From an uncultured Verrucomicrobiota bacterium (lineage in GTDB: Bacteria; Verrucomicrobiota; Kiritimatiellia; RZYC01): DNA of 60,452 nt. Below, one piece after another: positions 1 through 9,033 of this stretch. The stretch's first letter is position 1, and every line of letters begins with the position of its first letter. The translations under genes and the position numbers were made by a program. The notes under the pieces are model-generated. The model saw only the letters and a list, made by a program, of their open reading frames with translations, was not told the DNA's origin and ran no database searches. The stretch is taken from NCBI GenBank assembly GCA_964542025.1, contig CAZISY010000004.1:13933-74384 (forward strand). The letters run 5' to 3'.

Positions 1-2150
1 CCGCCGAGATAATCCCAGACCGCAATACGCAGACCGGCGCGTTCCGGATCGGCGCCCTGTTCGTGTGAAAGCTTTTCCGCAATGGGAATAAGGCCCGCAG
101 TACAGCAACCGGCGAGGAAGAAAAACAGATCAAACAGAAGCGCCGCGGGACGGAAGGGAAGCAGATAGAGCCCGCCGCTGACAGCGAGATAAAGCTTGAG
201 AACCAGACGTGCGCTTTTTGATGCGGACGTTCGATCCATCAGAAGTTCAACGCCTCGTCCCCCGCAATAAAGACCCAACATGAAAAGCGCCGTGAGCAAC
301 CCCATGCGCAGATACAGCGTTCCGAAGAACGCCTGAAAAAGAATCAGCAGCATGTAATGGAAGGTGAATCCCGAGAACCCCGCAAACAGGATCAGGTGCG
401 GGGCTGGAGTCGGCGCTGAGACTGTTCGCGGATTCAGCACAGGCAGCAATTTTTGCAGCGAGAGCAGCAGGAGCAAAAGAAAGGGAACGTACATCAGAAT
501 CGGCAAAAACGTGGTGAGGTCCGGCATGTTGGGCCTGGCTTTGCGCAGCATGACCAGGGTGGAAAAGAGGGTGAGTTTGGGGTGCCTCACCGTGTGGTCC
601 AGCGCGGGGCCGAGGGCTTCGGCGGCTTCCGAACAGGCCGACTGAAGAGCGGCGGAACGGTTGGTTTGATATATATCCCGAAGCATTTCCGGGGGCCACC
701 CGGACCAGTCGTGGTGCGCCCCGCGCAGCCGCTCCGCCAGTTTTTCCGGGTCGCCGATCAGGGCGGGCGAATCGGATGCGGCAAACCATGGCGGATCGCC
801 CGGAACGGCAATTTGGTGTGCAAAACAGCGGCTTAATGAACGATCAATGACCGCGCCGGTCAGGGTTCGCTCGCGGCCTGAGTAATTTTCGCCGCCTTCA
901 CCGCTCATGAACAGGCAGCCCTCCGGCTTGAGCCGCGCCTTGATCAGGCGCAAAAACGAGTCGGTGAACAGGATGCTGTTGGCCATCGTATCGTCGGCGG
1001 AAAGGCGAATGACGGCCGCATCGAAACGGATGGTTTCAGTCTGCAGAAATCGACGCATGGGGGCGGCCGGCGTAATGAGCTGCCGGGGTTTCCCGCCGCT
1101 TGTTTCGGGGAGGATGGCCAGGAGGCGGGAGGCATACTCCTCATCCGTATTCAGCCACGTTACCCGCAGCGCCGGTTGTCGCTCCGTCAGGGCGCGGGCC
1201 GCCGGCAAAAGACCCGGTCCAATCAACAGGACTTCGCTCGCATCGGGCTGCTGGGCAAGCAGCATCAGTGCGAGCCGCTCTCCGTCGTCGCTGTTCGGAA
1301 CGCTTTCAATCACGGAGGTCCCCGCGACCACATTGAACTGATTTTGATAAACGCCGTACAAATAGCGGTTGGCCGCCGTTGAAAAGCCGCCCCGCCATTC
1401 GGAGTCCGGAATCAGCGCGGACCACGTCCGCCGGTCGAGTGCGCGTGCGATACGTTCATCCAGACCCGCCGCCAACATCGCGCCTGCCAGAAGAAAAAGG
1501 ACGCCGGGGATCAGTGGCCGAAATCGGCGGCCGACCTTTTTGCGCCTGAACAGAACCAGGCTGCCGGCGGAAAGCAGCAACACCAGGAGCAGAAAAATAC
1601 GCGGCGCGGAATAATGCCGATACAGGAGAGCGGTAATTCCGGCGCCTGCCGAAAAACTGCCCAGGGCTTCCCAGGTGTATACCCCGGTGGCCGGGCGTTC
1701 TTTACCTGTTTCGCATGCGTTGGAGTGGCGTACCAGTGCCATAAAGAGAACGCCTGAAACCAGAGAGGCCGGCGCGTTGGCCAGGAGTATTCCGGGGAGC
1801 ATGGACAGGCCGGTGAAGGTATCGAACGCCGCCACGCCGAGCATGCTCCGCGAAACGTTCATAATGAAAAATTGCAGCACTCCGGCGGGCAGATAAGCCA
1901 GCGGAAGCAGCGGCAGGTGTTTTTCGTGGAAAACCGAGGCGGGAATGATTCGGGCAATCATCGCGCCGGCCGCGCCCCAAAGCAGCCACGAAAAGAAAAA
2001 GAGGGATACGCTCCATTCATTGCCGTCAAAAACCGTGAAGAAAGAGCGGAAAAGCAGCGTTTGCAGCACCACGGACGCCATCCCCGAGCAAAACGCCGCA
2101 AGCGGAATGCCGTTGAAGGGTGCAGGATGAACGCTGTTTCCCTTTTCCAT
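1..2150 (-). CDS. Spermidine-synthase-like (aminopropyltransferase-fold) protein fused to polytopic membrane domains; 3' end runs off the window
   Basis: Absent from the ORF track because it has no stop inside the window. Manual reverse-complement translation from the ATG (complement of 2148-2150) reads uninterrupted to position 1: MEKGNSVHPAPFNGIPLAAFCSGMASVVLQTLLFRSFF... The N-terminal third is hydrophobic. The central part has LLIGPGLLPAARAL (GxG-type nucleotide pocket) and FDAAVIRLSADD...SFLRLIKARLKPEGCLF, followed by more TM helices. Confidence 0.55.
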   Translation of the reverse strand, partial: MEKGNSVHPAPFNGIPLAAFCSGMASVVLQTLLFRSFFTVFDGNEWSVSLFFFSWLLWGAAGAMIARIIPASVFHEKHLPLLPLAYLPAGVLQFFIMNVSRSMLGVAAFDTFTGLSMLPGILLANAPASLVSGVLFMALVRHSNACETGKERPATGVYTWEALGSFSAGAGITALLYRHYSAPRIFLLLVLLLSAGSLVLFRRKKVGRRFRPLIPGVLFLLAGAMLAAGLDERIARALDRRTWSALIPDSEWRGGFSTAANRYLYGVYQNQFNVVAGTSVIESVPNSDDGERLALMLLAQQPDASEVLLIGPGLLPAARALTERQPALRVTWLNTDEEYASRLLAILPETSGGKPRQLITPAAPMRRFLQTETIRFDAAVIRLSADDTMANSILFTDSFLRLIKARLKPEGCLFMSGEGGENYSGRERTLTGAVIDRSLSRCFAHQIAVPGDPPWFAASDSPALIGDPEKLAERLRGAHHDWSGWPPEMLRDIYQTNRSAALQSACSEAAEALGPALDHTVRHPKLTLFSTLVMLRKARPNMPDLTTFLPILMYVPFLLLLLLSLQKLLPVLNPRTVSAPTPAPHLILFAGFSGFTFHYMLLILFQAFFGTLYLRMGLLTALFMLGLYCGGRGVELLMDRTSASKSARLVLKLYLAVSGGLYLLPFRPAALLFDLFFFLAGCCTAGLIPIAEKLSHEQGADPERAGLRIAVWDYLG

Positions 2151-2201
2151 GTTTGCGCTCCGTGGTTGCTGTGTTTTGCGCGACGCGGGACCGGCGTGGT
2201 C

Positions 2202-3185
2202 TCAGGCGAAGGGACGAATGATCCGCACCTCCGGAAAGGCGGCCGTTACGGCCGGTTCCGCGTCGGCGGTGAACAGCAGTTTTACATTGGGGCCCGCGTC
2301 CATCGTGAAATAGACGGGCACACCGTCCGCGCGCAGCGCATGAACACGATGAATGGCTGCTATACTTTCGGGGAGCCAGTAAATGACCGGCGGCCAGGTT
2401 TCCATCATCGTCGCGTGCATGCCCAGTGCATTGCTTTCGGCGTGACGCCCAAGCTGTTCCGCGTCGCGCCGGGCGATGGCTTCCTGAATACCCGCCAGAT
2501 CCGCCTCCACTTTCGCGGGCCACTGCCGGTACAGGATGGATGTTTCGCAGGTCTGCTGCATGGCTTCGCGCGATCCGGTTTTCTTGGCCTGCGTGGAAAG
2601 GATCAGCAGTCCCATGCGCAGTTCCGGCCAGGTGCTGTTCGGGAGCGGTTCGGCGAAGCTGTCCATGCCGTCTTCGCGTGTTCCGGCATGCCAGAGAACG
2701 AACCCGTCAAAGAGGGACCGGGAGGCGCTTCCGCTGCCGAGCCGTGCCAGGATGGAGAGTTCACGGCCGGGAAGGTTCCACTGAAATCCATCATTCAGCG
2801 CCAGGACGAGGGCAGCGAATCCGGAGGCCGAGGAGGCCAGCCCTGCTGCCAGCGGGACGGTGGAATGCGTTTCCACGGTGATCGGCTGTTCCGTGAAGAG
2901 CCGCACAAAATCAAACACGCGCGCAGCAGACTTCGTCGCAGGATCCACGGGCGATCCGTTCACCGAGAAGTTATACCGCTGCGCCGGCGACACCGTGGTT
3001 TTGGCGCCCAGGCCGGGAAGGCCGATGGAAAGACTGGAGGTGACCGGCAGGTTCAACTCGCCGTTGCGTTTGCCCCAGTATTTGCAGAGGGCGATGTTTA
3101 CGGACGCTTCGCCGAAGCCCGCCGTCTTTTTCCATGTGCATGCACCGCCCGTGATTTGCCGGGCCGCTTCCTGTTTATTCGTCAT
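2202..3185 (-). CDS. mvaD: Diphosphomevalonate decarboxylase (GHMP family)
   Basis: 327 aa. NIALCKYWGKRN near the N-terminus, GLASSASGFAALV GHMP motif, and C-terminal YFTMDAGPNVK. Overlaps the upstream kinase gene by 11 nt. Confidence 0.85.
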   Translation of the reverse strand: MTNKQEAARQITGGACTWKKTAGFGEASVNIALCKYWGKRNGELNLPVTSSLSIGLPGLGAKTTVSPAQRYNFSVNGSPVDPATKSAARVFDFVRLFTEQPITVETHSTVPLAAGLASSASGFAALVLALNDGFQWNLPGRELSILARLGSGSASRSLFDGFVLWHAGTREDGMDSFAEPLPNSTWPELRMGLLILSTQAKKTGSREAMQQTCETSILYRQWPAKVEADLAGIQEAIARRDAEQLGRHAESNALGMHATMMETWPPVIYWLPESIAAIHRVHALRADGVPVYFTMDAGPNVKLLFTADAEPAVTAAFPEVRIIRPFA

Positions 3186-4128
3186 AATCCACCTTCAGTC
3201 CTTCCCGGGAAACACGAACGGGGATGGCCTCGTAATTGGAGAGGGGCCATTCTGCGGGGCCCAGCGCAAGCGCGCAGTCGCCCAGGCCCGAGCCGGAAAT
3301 TTTTGCGCCCAACACGCCGGGAAGGAGGCGCATGCAGATGATGATTTCATCGAGTTCCGGCGTACTCACACCCAGGGCTTCCTGAAATTCCTGGTGTTTG
3401 TTCATCCATTCGCCGAACGTTTTCAGGTCGTCCTGGCGCAGGGCGTTCCAACCGGCCTCCACGCAGCCGCGAATGGCTTTATCCAGCCCATCGAATCGGG
3501 CAGAATCCGCCATTCGGGCTTCATCGACGCGGCGTATGACTTCCGGCGTGGGTGTTTTGTAGCCGCAGTATACCAGCAGCAGCGGCAAGTCGAGCGGGAG
3601 CGTCTCCATCAGGCGCGGAGTCATGCGGTAATGGGTGACGCCGCCCAGCAGGCAGGCCGCCACATCCGTCCCCGACCCTGACCCCTGCACGTTGCGAATG
3701 ACTCCGAAGGCCTCATCAAAAACAGCCCCCGGGCTCGTGTCCAGTCCGCGCAATCGGCGCAGGGCGGCGGTCAGGGCGACTGTGACGGCCGAGGAGGAGC
3801 CGAGGCCGACCGTACTGGAAAAATCCGCGTGGATGTTCACGGAGAACCCTCCGCGGACGGCGCGTCCGTGGTTAAGCATCAGGGCGCCTGCAAAGCGGAG
3901 GGACGAGGGCGGTGCGAATTGGTCCGGGGTGTTTTCATAGATCCCCAGTGCCGATTCCACGCGCAGCAGGCCGTCAGTTCGGCGCTGCACATCCACGCGA
4001 ATGCGTTTGTCCACGGCGCAGGCCAGGGCCTCCGAACCGCGCAGGACGGCATGTTCGCCCATCAGCATCAGCGTACCAGGCGCCGATGCAATGACCCGCT
4101 GCATTTCGGTTTGTTGTTTCGCGTTCAT
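3175..4128 (-). CDS. mvk: Mevalonate kinase (GHMP kinase)
   Basis: APGTLMLMGEHAVLRGSEALACAV (PGK-x-GEHAV-type motif) and VGLGSSSAVTVAL. I prefer the internal ATG at 4128 because it forms an ATGA overlap (tcat at 4125-4128) with the stop of the upstream methyltransferase gene. The track ORF starts at 4167. Confidence 0.75.
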   Translation of the reverse strand: MNAKQQTEMQRVIASAPGTLMLMGEHAVLRGSEALACAVDKRIRVDVQRRTDGLLRVESALGIYENTPDQFAPPSSLRFAGALMLNHGRAVRGGFSVNIHADFSSTVGLGSSSAVTVALTAALRRLRGLDTSPGAVFDEAFGVIRNVQGSGSGTDVAACLLGGVTHYRMTPRLMETLPLDLPLLLVYCGYKTPTPEVIRRVDEARMADSARFDGLDKAIRGCVEAGWNALRQDDLKTFGEWMNKHQEFQEALGVSTPELDEIIICMRLLPGVLGAKISGSGLGDCALALGPAEWPLSNYEAIPVRVSREGLKVDYDE

Positions 4129-4895
4129 GCGGATGGCTTTTTCTTCTTCAGTTCCAGGGCGCACCATTGAGCCTGGCGGGCAATGCCCATGAGAATTTTT
4201 ACGTCGGCTTCATTGAGCGGACCCCGGGAGAGAATACGGCGCAGGCCGAGCATCATGTGTTCGGCCTTATCTTCCTTCATGAAGCCGATATCGTAGAGGG
4301 TGCTTTCCCAGGCCGCAAACATGCGTTCGCGCGCGGCCGACGGCGCCTCGCCGCAGGGTTCCGCATTGGGAACGAAGGATGCCGAGGCCACATAGAGTTC
4401 ATATGCGCAAATCATTACGGCGTGGGAAAGATTCAGCGAGGTGTAGTTTGGGTGCGACGGGATCTGGATGATTTGCGTACAAAGGGCCAGATGTTCTTTG
4501 TTCAGCCCTTTGTCCTCCGTGCCGAACACCAGGGCGATGCGGTGTTCCTGGGCGCGTTCATAAAGGTACGGAGCCCATTCACGAATTGTTTTGGAGTGGC
4601 TTCGGTAGAGGCCCTGCCGGGCTGAGGCACCTGCCACGAGATGGCAATCCGCCACGGCTTCAGCGAGGGTCGGAAATTCGCGGCGTTTTTCAAAAATGGT
4701 ATCCGCGTGCATGGCGCGTTTGCGGCATTCTTCGTCGTCGATTTCATAGGAGCGCTCGGCAATGACCAGGTCCGACATGCCGCAATTGGCCATGCAGCGG
4801 CATACGGCGCCGATATTGCCGGAATAAATCGGGTTTACCAGGACGACGCGAAAACGATTCATCGGATCATTCATAAACGGCCCACTTCCTCTCAT
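4125..4895 (-). CDS. SpoU/TrmH-family RNA 2'-O-methyltransferase (TrmJ-like)
   Basis: RFRVVLVNPIYSGNIGAVCRCMANCG, LVFGTEDKGL and IPSHPNYTSLNLSHAV are the three SPOUT motifs. The start is uncertain (ATGs at 4895, 4874, 4862). Confidence 0.75.
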   Translation of the reverse strand: MRGSGPFMNDPMNRFRVVLVNPIYSGNIGAVCRCMANCGMSDLVIAERSYEIDDEECRKRAMHADTIFEKRREFPTLAEAVADCHLVAGASARQGLYRSHSKTIREWAPYLYERAQEHRIALVFGTEDKGLNKEHLALCTQIIQIPSHPNYTSLNLSHAVMICAYELYVASASFVPNAEPCGEAPSAARERMFAAWESTLYDIGFMKEDKAEHMMLGLRRILSRGPLNEADVKILMGIARQAQWCALELKKKKPSA

Positions 4896-4979
4896 GTGCG
4901 GGCCGTTTTAGGATATATCCAACGCCCTGTCATCTGAAAAAAAGCGCGCCGGGATTTCGACGCGCTTGATGTTTTCCGC

Positions 4980-5867
4980 TTATGGTTCCACGGCGATGCG
5001 ATAATACTGTGCTTCGGCCTCCGGCACCGTGTTTGTCCAGAAGTTGGAAGGGGGGGTGGCGGGCAGATTCGTGGCCAGCGGTACGAAAGAAGCCGTCAGG
5101 ATATTGGTCGACACCTGCACGGCGTAGTTTTTTCCCGTCACACTGTTCCATTGAATGACCGTCGCGGCACCGGAGGTGATCAAATTAAACTCGGCAATCT
5201 CGAAGCAGGAGGCGGAATTAGTGGGGTCGGTTCCCGCGCCATACTCCTGGAGGTTCACCGCTTCGTCCCCATCGGCATCCGCCGTGGCGACTCCGTTGGT
5301 GCGCCCGCCGAAGTACAGCACTTCCCACCAATCGGGAATGCCGTTGGCGTTGGTGTCGCCCTTCAGATCGGTCACGAGCAGATTTTTCGAACCGCCTTCC
5401 GACAGCTGAAAGAGCGGGGCCTGTTCGGAAACCAATCCCATGAAGGAATAATCACTGGCGGCAGATCCTGAAAGGATAGGCTGCGCCAGGGGAACCGCGC
5501 CGGCATTCGTTTGCATCTGTACGGCGCACACACCTGTGATGGCCGCGAAGGAGGAAAGTAAATCCAAATCCTCGTTGCCGCCGGCGGTGCAGTCATATAC
5601 GCCGTTCAGTTCCACGGGTCCGGGGAACAGCAGGGTGCCGGTTTCTGCGGGGTATTCGCCGCAGGGCGCGGTGGTGCCGTTGAGAGAGACCGCGGAGGCT
5701 TCAATCGTTCCGTTCCCCAGCAGGGACGCCCCGGAGATGACCTGCAGGGACTCCGTTTTGATTTTGCCGCCGCGAATTAACAGCGATCCGCTGTTGACGT
5801 CCAGGCCGGCGCGAGCCGTCGCAACCAGCGCAAGGCCGGTCAGCAGAGAGCAGATTCCTGATTTCAT
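4980..5867 (-). CDS. Secreted protein with beta-helix-like N-terminal part and calcium-binding/thrombospondin-type-3-like 'DTNANGIPDWWE...DADGDE' segment
   Basis: Signal peptide MKSGICSLLTGLALVATARA. Asp-rich motifs DTNANGIPDWWEVLYFGG and ADADGDEAVNLQEYGAGTDP. C-terminal beta-rich domain. Confidence 0.6.
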   Translation of the reverse strand: MKSGICSLLTGLALVATARAGLDVNSGSLLIRGGKIKTESLQVISGASLLGNGTIEASAVSLNGTTAPCGEYPAETGTLLFPGPVELNGVYDCTAGGNEDLDLLSSFAAITGVCAVQMQTNAGAVPLAQPILSGSAASDYSFMGLVSEQAPLFQLSEGGSKNLLVTDLKGDTNANGIPDWWEVLYFGGRTNGVATADADGDEAVNLQEYGAGTDPTNSASCFEIAEFNLITSGAATVIQWNSVTGKNYAVQVSTNILTASFVPLATNLPATPPSNFWTNTVPEAEAQYYRIAVEP

Positions 5868-5886
5868 CGTACAGCCCTCCGGTGGC

Positions 5887-7002
5887 TTAGCGGCCTGTGA
5901 CCATGAAAAGGAAATCGTTGTTGGTCAGGCTGTGATTGCCGTCGGTGATGTAGACGGTGAAGTTGGTTGTGCCGGTGGTCTGGTCCACATAAATGTTCCT
6001 CGCACGGGCGGCATTGGTGGGCATCATGCCGGAATCCACTTCCACGACGGCCATCGGGATTAGGTTGAAGGCTGATTGCATGGGGCAGTCCAGGCTGACC
6101 ACATAGGTGCCCTGGGCGGTATTTGTCACTGAATATACGCCGAAATGTTCGGATGGGGCGAGACCATCATCTTTAATCACGCGTCCCCAGGCGACGATGT
6201 TGTTGTCGGCAAAACGGGAGCGTTTGTCGGGAAGTGAGTTGGTTCCCAGCGAGGAGATAAGGCGTACGCCGTTGGTGGCCCGTATCACCATTTCATTTTC
6301 TCTTGCGGACTCCGCGAGTACTGCGACCGACGAATCCGCCCAGACAAAGGAGCCGGCGTGAGCGGCGCGGGCATAGTATCCGGCGGCGAATGAATTAGTG
6401 CCGGAGGCCTCGTTATATCGACCGCCAACCACCGTGGCCATATTGGCCATGACCTTGTTGGCGTAGCCGCCGAGGAGGGTGGCATGGTTGCTGGCATTGG
6501 TGATCTGATTCATCGACCCGCAAAGAATCACAGAATTTTGCGCGCCCCAAATCTTGTTTTCGTTGCCTCCGACGATGGCGGAGAAATACGGACTAATCGA
6601 TGAGGGATAGTGATACGTCAGGGTGTTGTCTTTGCCGCCCCATATTGAGGCGTAGGCGCCATTGTACATGGAGTGTCCATGTCCGATAACAAGGCTGCTT
6701 ACGGCACCGGACACATTGTTGGAGCCCAGCACGATGTTGAGAAGATAGTCGTTGTAGCCGATGGTTCCAATCGCCCGGGAGCCGGCCTGGAGCGTGATGG
6801 TGGAACCCATCGTCCCCAGCGCCACGTTGGTGCCGGTGAGTACGGAGTTTGCATTCACGCGAAGAAGGGCATTGGATGTTGCGTCCTGTACCGTGAAATG
6901 TTCGCCTGCACCCGAAGGCAGTGTTACGGTTGTCTCGGCGCGTGCCTGAAGTAATCCGACGCTCATCAAACCCGCCAGTGCCATCCCCATCCAGTTTGTC
7001 AT
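5887..7002 (-). CDS. Secreted protein with YadA-head/Hep_Hag-like Gly-Asn repeats (adhesin or fibre-like), no membrane anchor visible
   Basis: Start chosen at ATG 7002 (AAGGAG 7 nt upstream; signal peptide MTNWMGMALAGLMSVGLLQARA). Repeats VGGNENKIWGAQNSVILCGSMNQITNASNHATLLGGYANKVMANMATVVGGRYNEASGTNSFAAGYYARAAHAGSFVWAD. Confidence 0.6.
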   Translation of the reverse strand: MTNWMGMALAGLMSVGLLQARAETTVTLPSGAGEHFTVQDATSNALLRVNANSVLTGTNVALGTMGSTITLQAGSRAIGTIGYNDYLLNIVLGSNNVSGAVSSLVIGHGHSMYNGAYASIWGGKDNTLTYHYPSSISPYFSAIVGGNENKIWGAQNSVILCGSMNQITNASNHATLLGGYANKVMANMATVVGGRYNEASGTNSFAAGYYARAAHAGSFVWADSSVAVLAESARENEMVIRATNGVRLISSLGTNSLPDKRSRFADNNIVAWGRVIKDDGLAPSEHFGVYSVTNTAQGTYVVSLDCPMQSAFNLIPMAVVEVDSGMMPTNAARARNIYVDQTTGTTNFTVYITDGNHSLTNNDFLFMVTGR

Positions 7003-7177
7003 GCGCGACTCCTTATAGCTGTGCATTGTGTCTTTAATGTCTGACGACAACCCCCCTGTTGCTCCCGTCATAATTCTGGGCGATATCAATACACGATAAA
7101 GGGGGCCGCAAACGATATAAAAAATAAAGATTTCACCCGCAGATACGCCCCTGCCTCATTTTTCCCGGGGTAGGGTT

Positions 7178-7206
7178 TTGACAATTGCGTATGGCAAGGG
7201 TAGCTT
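7178..7206 (+). promoter_or_regulatory. Candidate sigma-70 promoter for the 7283-11614 operon
   Basis: TTGACA (7178-7183), a 17-nt spacer, then TAGCTT (7201-7206), about 75 nt upstream of the first gene. Confidence 0.35.
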
Positions 7207-7282
7207 ACGGTTCTTACAGTAACCGCAAAAAACGCCGAAGGGGTGTGTTATTAAGCTGGATCCTGAAGTGGAAAAAGTGGTC

Positions 7283-8167
7283 ATGAGCTCCAACCGCCGG
7301 GAGACGGAATGTGTCTCCTGCGGACGATTCATCGGCTCATGGGAAATTTGTCCGTTCTGCCGTCATGTGAATCCCAAGCGGCCCATGGTGCGCCTGCTGA
7401 AATACAGCTCACCGTTTTTGACGATTGCAGGCATTGTCCTGCTGGGATTCATGGGAAAAGCCTACGGGCCGCCCGAGGTCACGGTGTCCGAACTGGGCCG
7501 CAAGGTCAATTTCGCCCAGGTGAGGATTCACGGGCGGGTCAGCGACGAAGTGCGCTTCCATTCCGGCGAAGAAGGCATCGGAAACGACAGTCTGGAATTT
7601 GAAGTGGACGACGGTACCGGGAAAATACGCGTCCGGTGTTATGAAGACGGCTTTAACGCCCTCAAGGCGGCCGGAAAGATACCGGCGAAAAGCGACATCG
7701 TAACCGTGCGGGGCAATTATCAGTATAAAGCCAAACGCCAGTTCGTCATTCTCAGCTCCGACGTGGATTTGGAAATTACCCGCGAGCCGGTTTCCAGCGC
7801 CACCCCGATTGATCAGGTGCTGCGGGCCGGCGAATTCAATATTAAAGAAGGACAACGACTTCTCGTCACCGGCAGGCTGACGCGGAAAATAGACGGATAC
7901 TACGATTTCACCTTCCTCCTGGCCGGAACGGACGACAAGACGCTGGCCGTGGTGTTCTCCAAGGATCTATTGCGGGCCTACGGCTTTGCGTCGACCTCCG
8001 GCACCTTCTGGAATACCTGGAAGGAAGGCGATTATGTGACGGCCGTCGGCGAATTGAAGTGGTATCGGGGCAAGAAGTTTCAGAATTGGCAACTGATTCC
8101 GGCCTCTCCCGCGGATTTGACGTCCTCCGATCAGGCCACCTGGGAGCAAAACAATGGCGGAAAGTAA
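7283..8167 (+). CDS. Zn-ribbon / single-TM / tandem OB-fold protein (paralogue 1), function unknown
   Basis: CVSCGRFIGSWEICPFCRH (CxxC...CxxC), TM FLTIAGIVLLGFMG, then two OB-like segments (VRIHGRVSDEV...IRVRCYE...VTVRGNYQY and RLLVTGRLTRK...VTAVGELKWY). The track start is GTG 7268; ATG 7283 is preferred. Confidence 0.6.
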   Translation: MSSNRRETECVSCGRFIGSWEICPFCRHVNPKRPMVRLLKYSSPFLTIAGIVLLGFMGKAYGPPEVTVSELGRKVNFAQVRIHGRVSDEVRFHSGEEGIGNDSLEFEVDDGTGKIRVRCYEDGFNALKAAGKIPAKSDIVTVRGNYQYKAKRQFVILSSDVDLEITREPVSSATPIDQVLRAGEFNIKEGQRLLVTGRLTRKIDGYYDFTFLLAGTDDKTLAVVFSKDLLRAYGFASTSGTFWNTWKEGDYVTAVGELKWYRGKKFQNWQLIPASPADLTSSDQATWEQNNGGK

Positions 8168-9026
8168 AATGATACCCTGCCCCGCATGCGGAAAACCCAA
8201 TCCGGAAGGAAGCCGGAACTGCCGGTTTTGTTCCGGTCATTTCACGGAACGGCTTTCTCTGCGCTGGATGAGTTTCGGGATTACGGCCCTCGTTCTGGTG
8301 GCTGTGATTCATTTCTATCAGGCAGTCACGTTCAAGCCCGACTATGTCTCTTTTGCACAAATGACCCCGGACATGAATTTTGAAAAAATCCGAGCACTGG
8401 GACGGGTGAGCGACATCATCATTGTGGATGAGGAATACGGGCGGCATGTGATTAAAATGGAGCTTACCGCAGAAAATCATGAAAAAATCGCCGCAAAGTA
8501 CCGTCGCATTACGGCCAAGCTGGAAGGGGAGGCCGCTGAGGATTATCTGAAATGGGAAAATCCCCCGAAGCCGGGCGATCTGGTCGAAGTGGCAGCGTCC
8601 CTCTACGCCGGGGAAGGCTATCGACATCTCAGTGTCGGCGCCGTGCCCTTTATCCGTATTCTGGAACGCGGCACAAACGCGCCGACGATGCCCGCCGAAA
8701 CAGAAAAAGCCGCCGTGATCGAAACCGGCATTCAGCAACTGCTGGCCGATCCGGAATCGTTCCGGGACCGCTCGGTATCGCTGGCCTCTGTCACTGTGAC
8801 GTATGCGGAGGCCGGAAAACCCTTTTTCCGAGTGGCGGAAGCGGGCGTCACCAATCAAACCATGGTTGTGCTGGGCTACAAAGGCCCGCCGCTTCAGGTC
8901 GGGCAGCGGGTGAGCGTGCGCGGCCGGTTCATCTGGTATGCCAAAAAAGGGTACTGGGAGATAGAGGTGCCCCGGGGCGATTCAAAGGCGGTAACGGTAT
9001 TACCTGTGGAAACAGGCAGCAAGTGA
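8154..9026 (+). CDS. Zn-ribbon / single-TM / OB-fold protein (paralogue 2), function unknown
   Basis: CPACGKPNPEGSRNCRFCSG, TM ITALVLVAVIHFY, and OB-like segments (IRALGRVSDIIIV...; VSVRGRFIWYAKKGYWEIEV). Overlaps the previous gene by 14 nt. Confidence 0.6.
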   Translation: MAESKMIPCPACGKPNPEGSRNCRFCSGHFTERLSLRWMSFGITALVLVAVIHFYQAVTFKPDYVSFAQMTPDMNFEKIRALGRVSDIIIVDEEYGRHVIKMELTAENHEKIAAKYRRITAKLEGEAAEDYLKWENPPKPGDLVEVAASLYAGEGYRHLSVGAVPFIRILERGTNAPTMPAETEKAAVIETGIQQLLADPESFRDRSVSLASVTVTYAEAGKPFFRVAEAGVTNQTMVVLGYKGPPLQVGQRVSVRGRFIWYAKKGYWEIEVPRGDSKAVTVLPVETGSK

Positions 9027-9033
9027 GTGAATT

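Noticed and set aside
1872-3341. 489-aa plus-strand ORF, and other ORFs listed within 247-2130
   Set aside because: They overlap the minus-strand mvaD gene and the window-edge spermidine-synthase-like gene. The translations are Arg/Gly-rich with no motifs.
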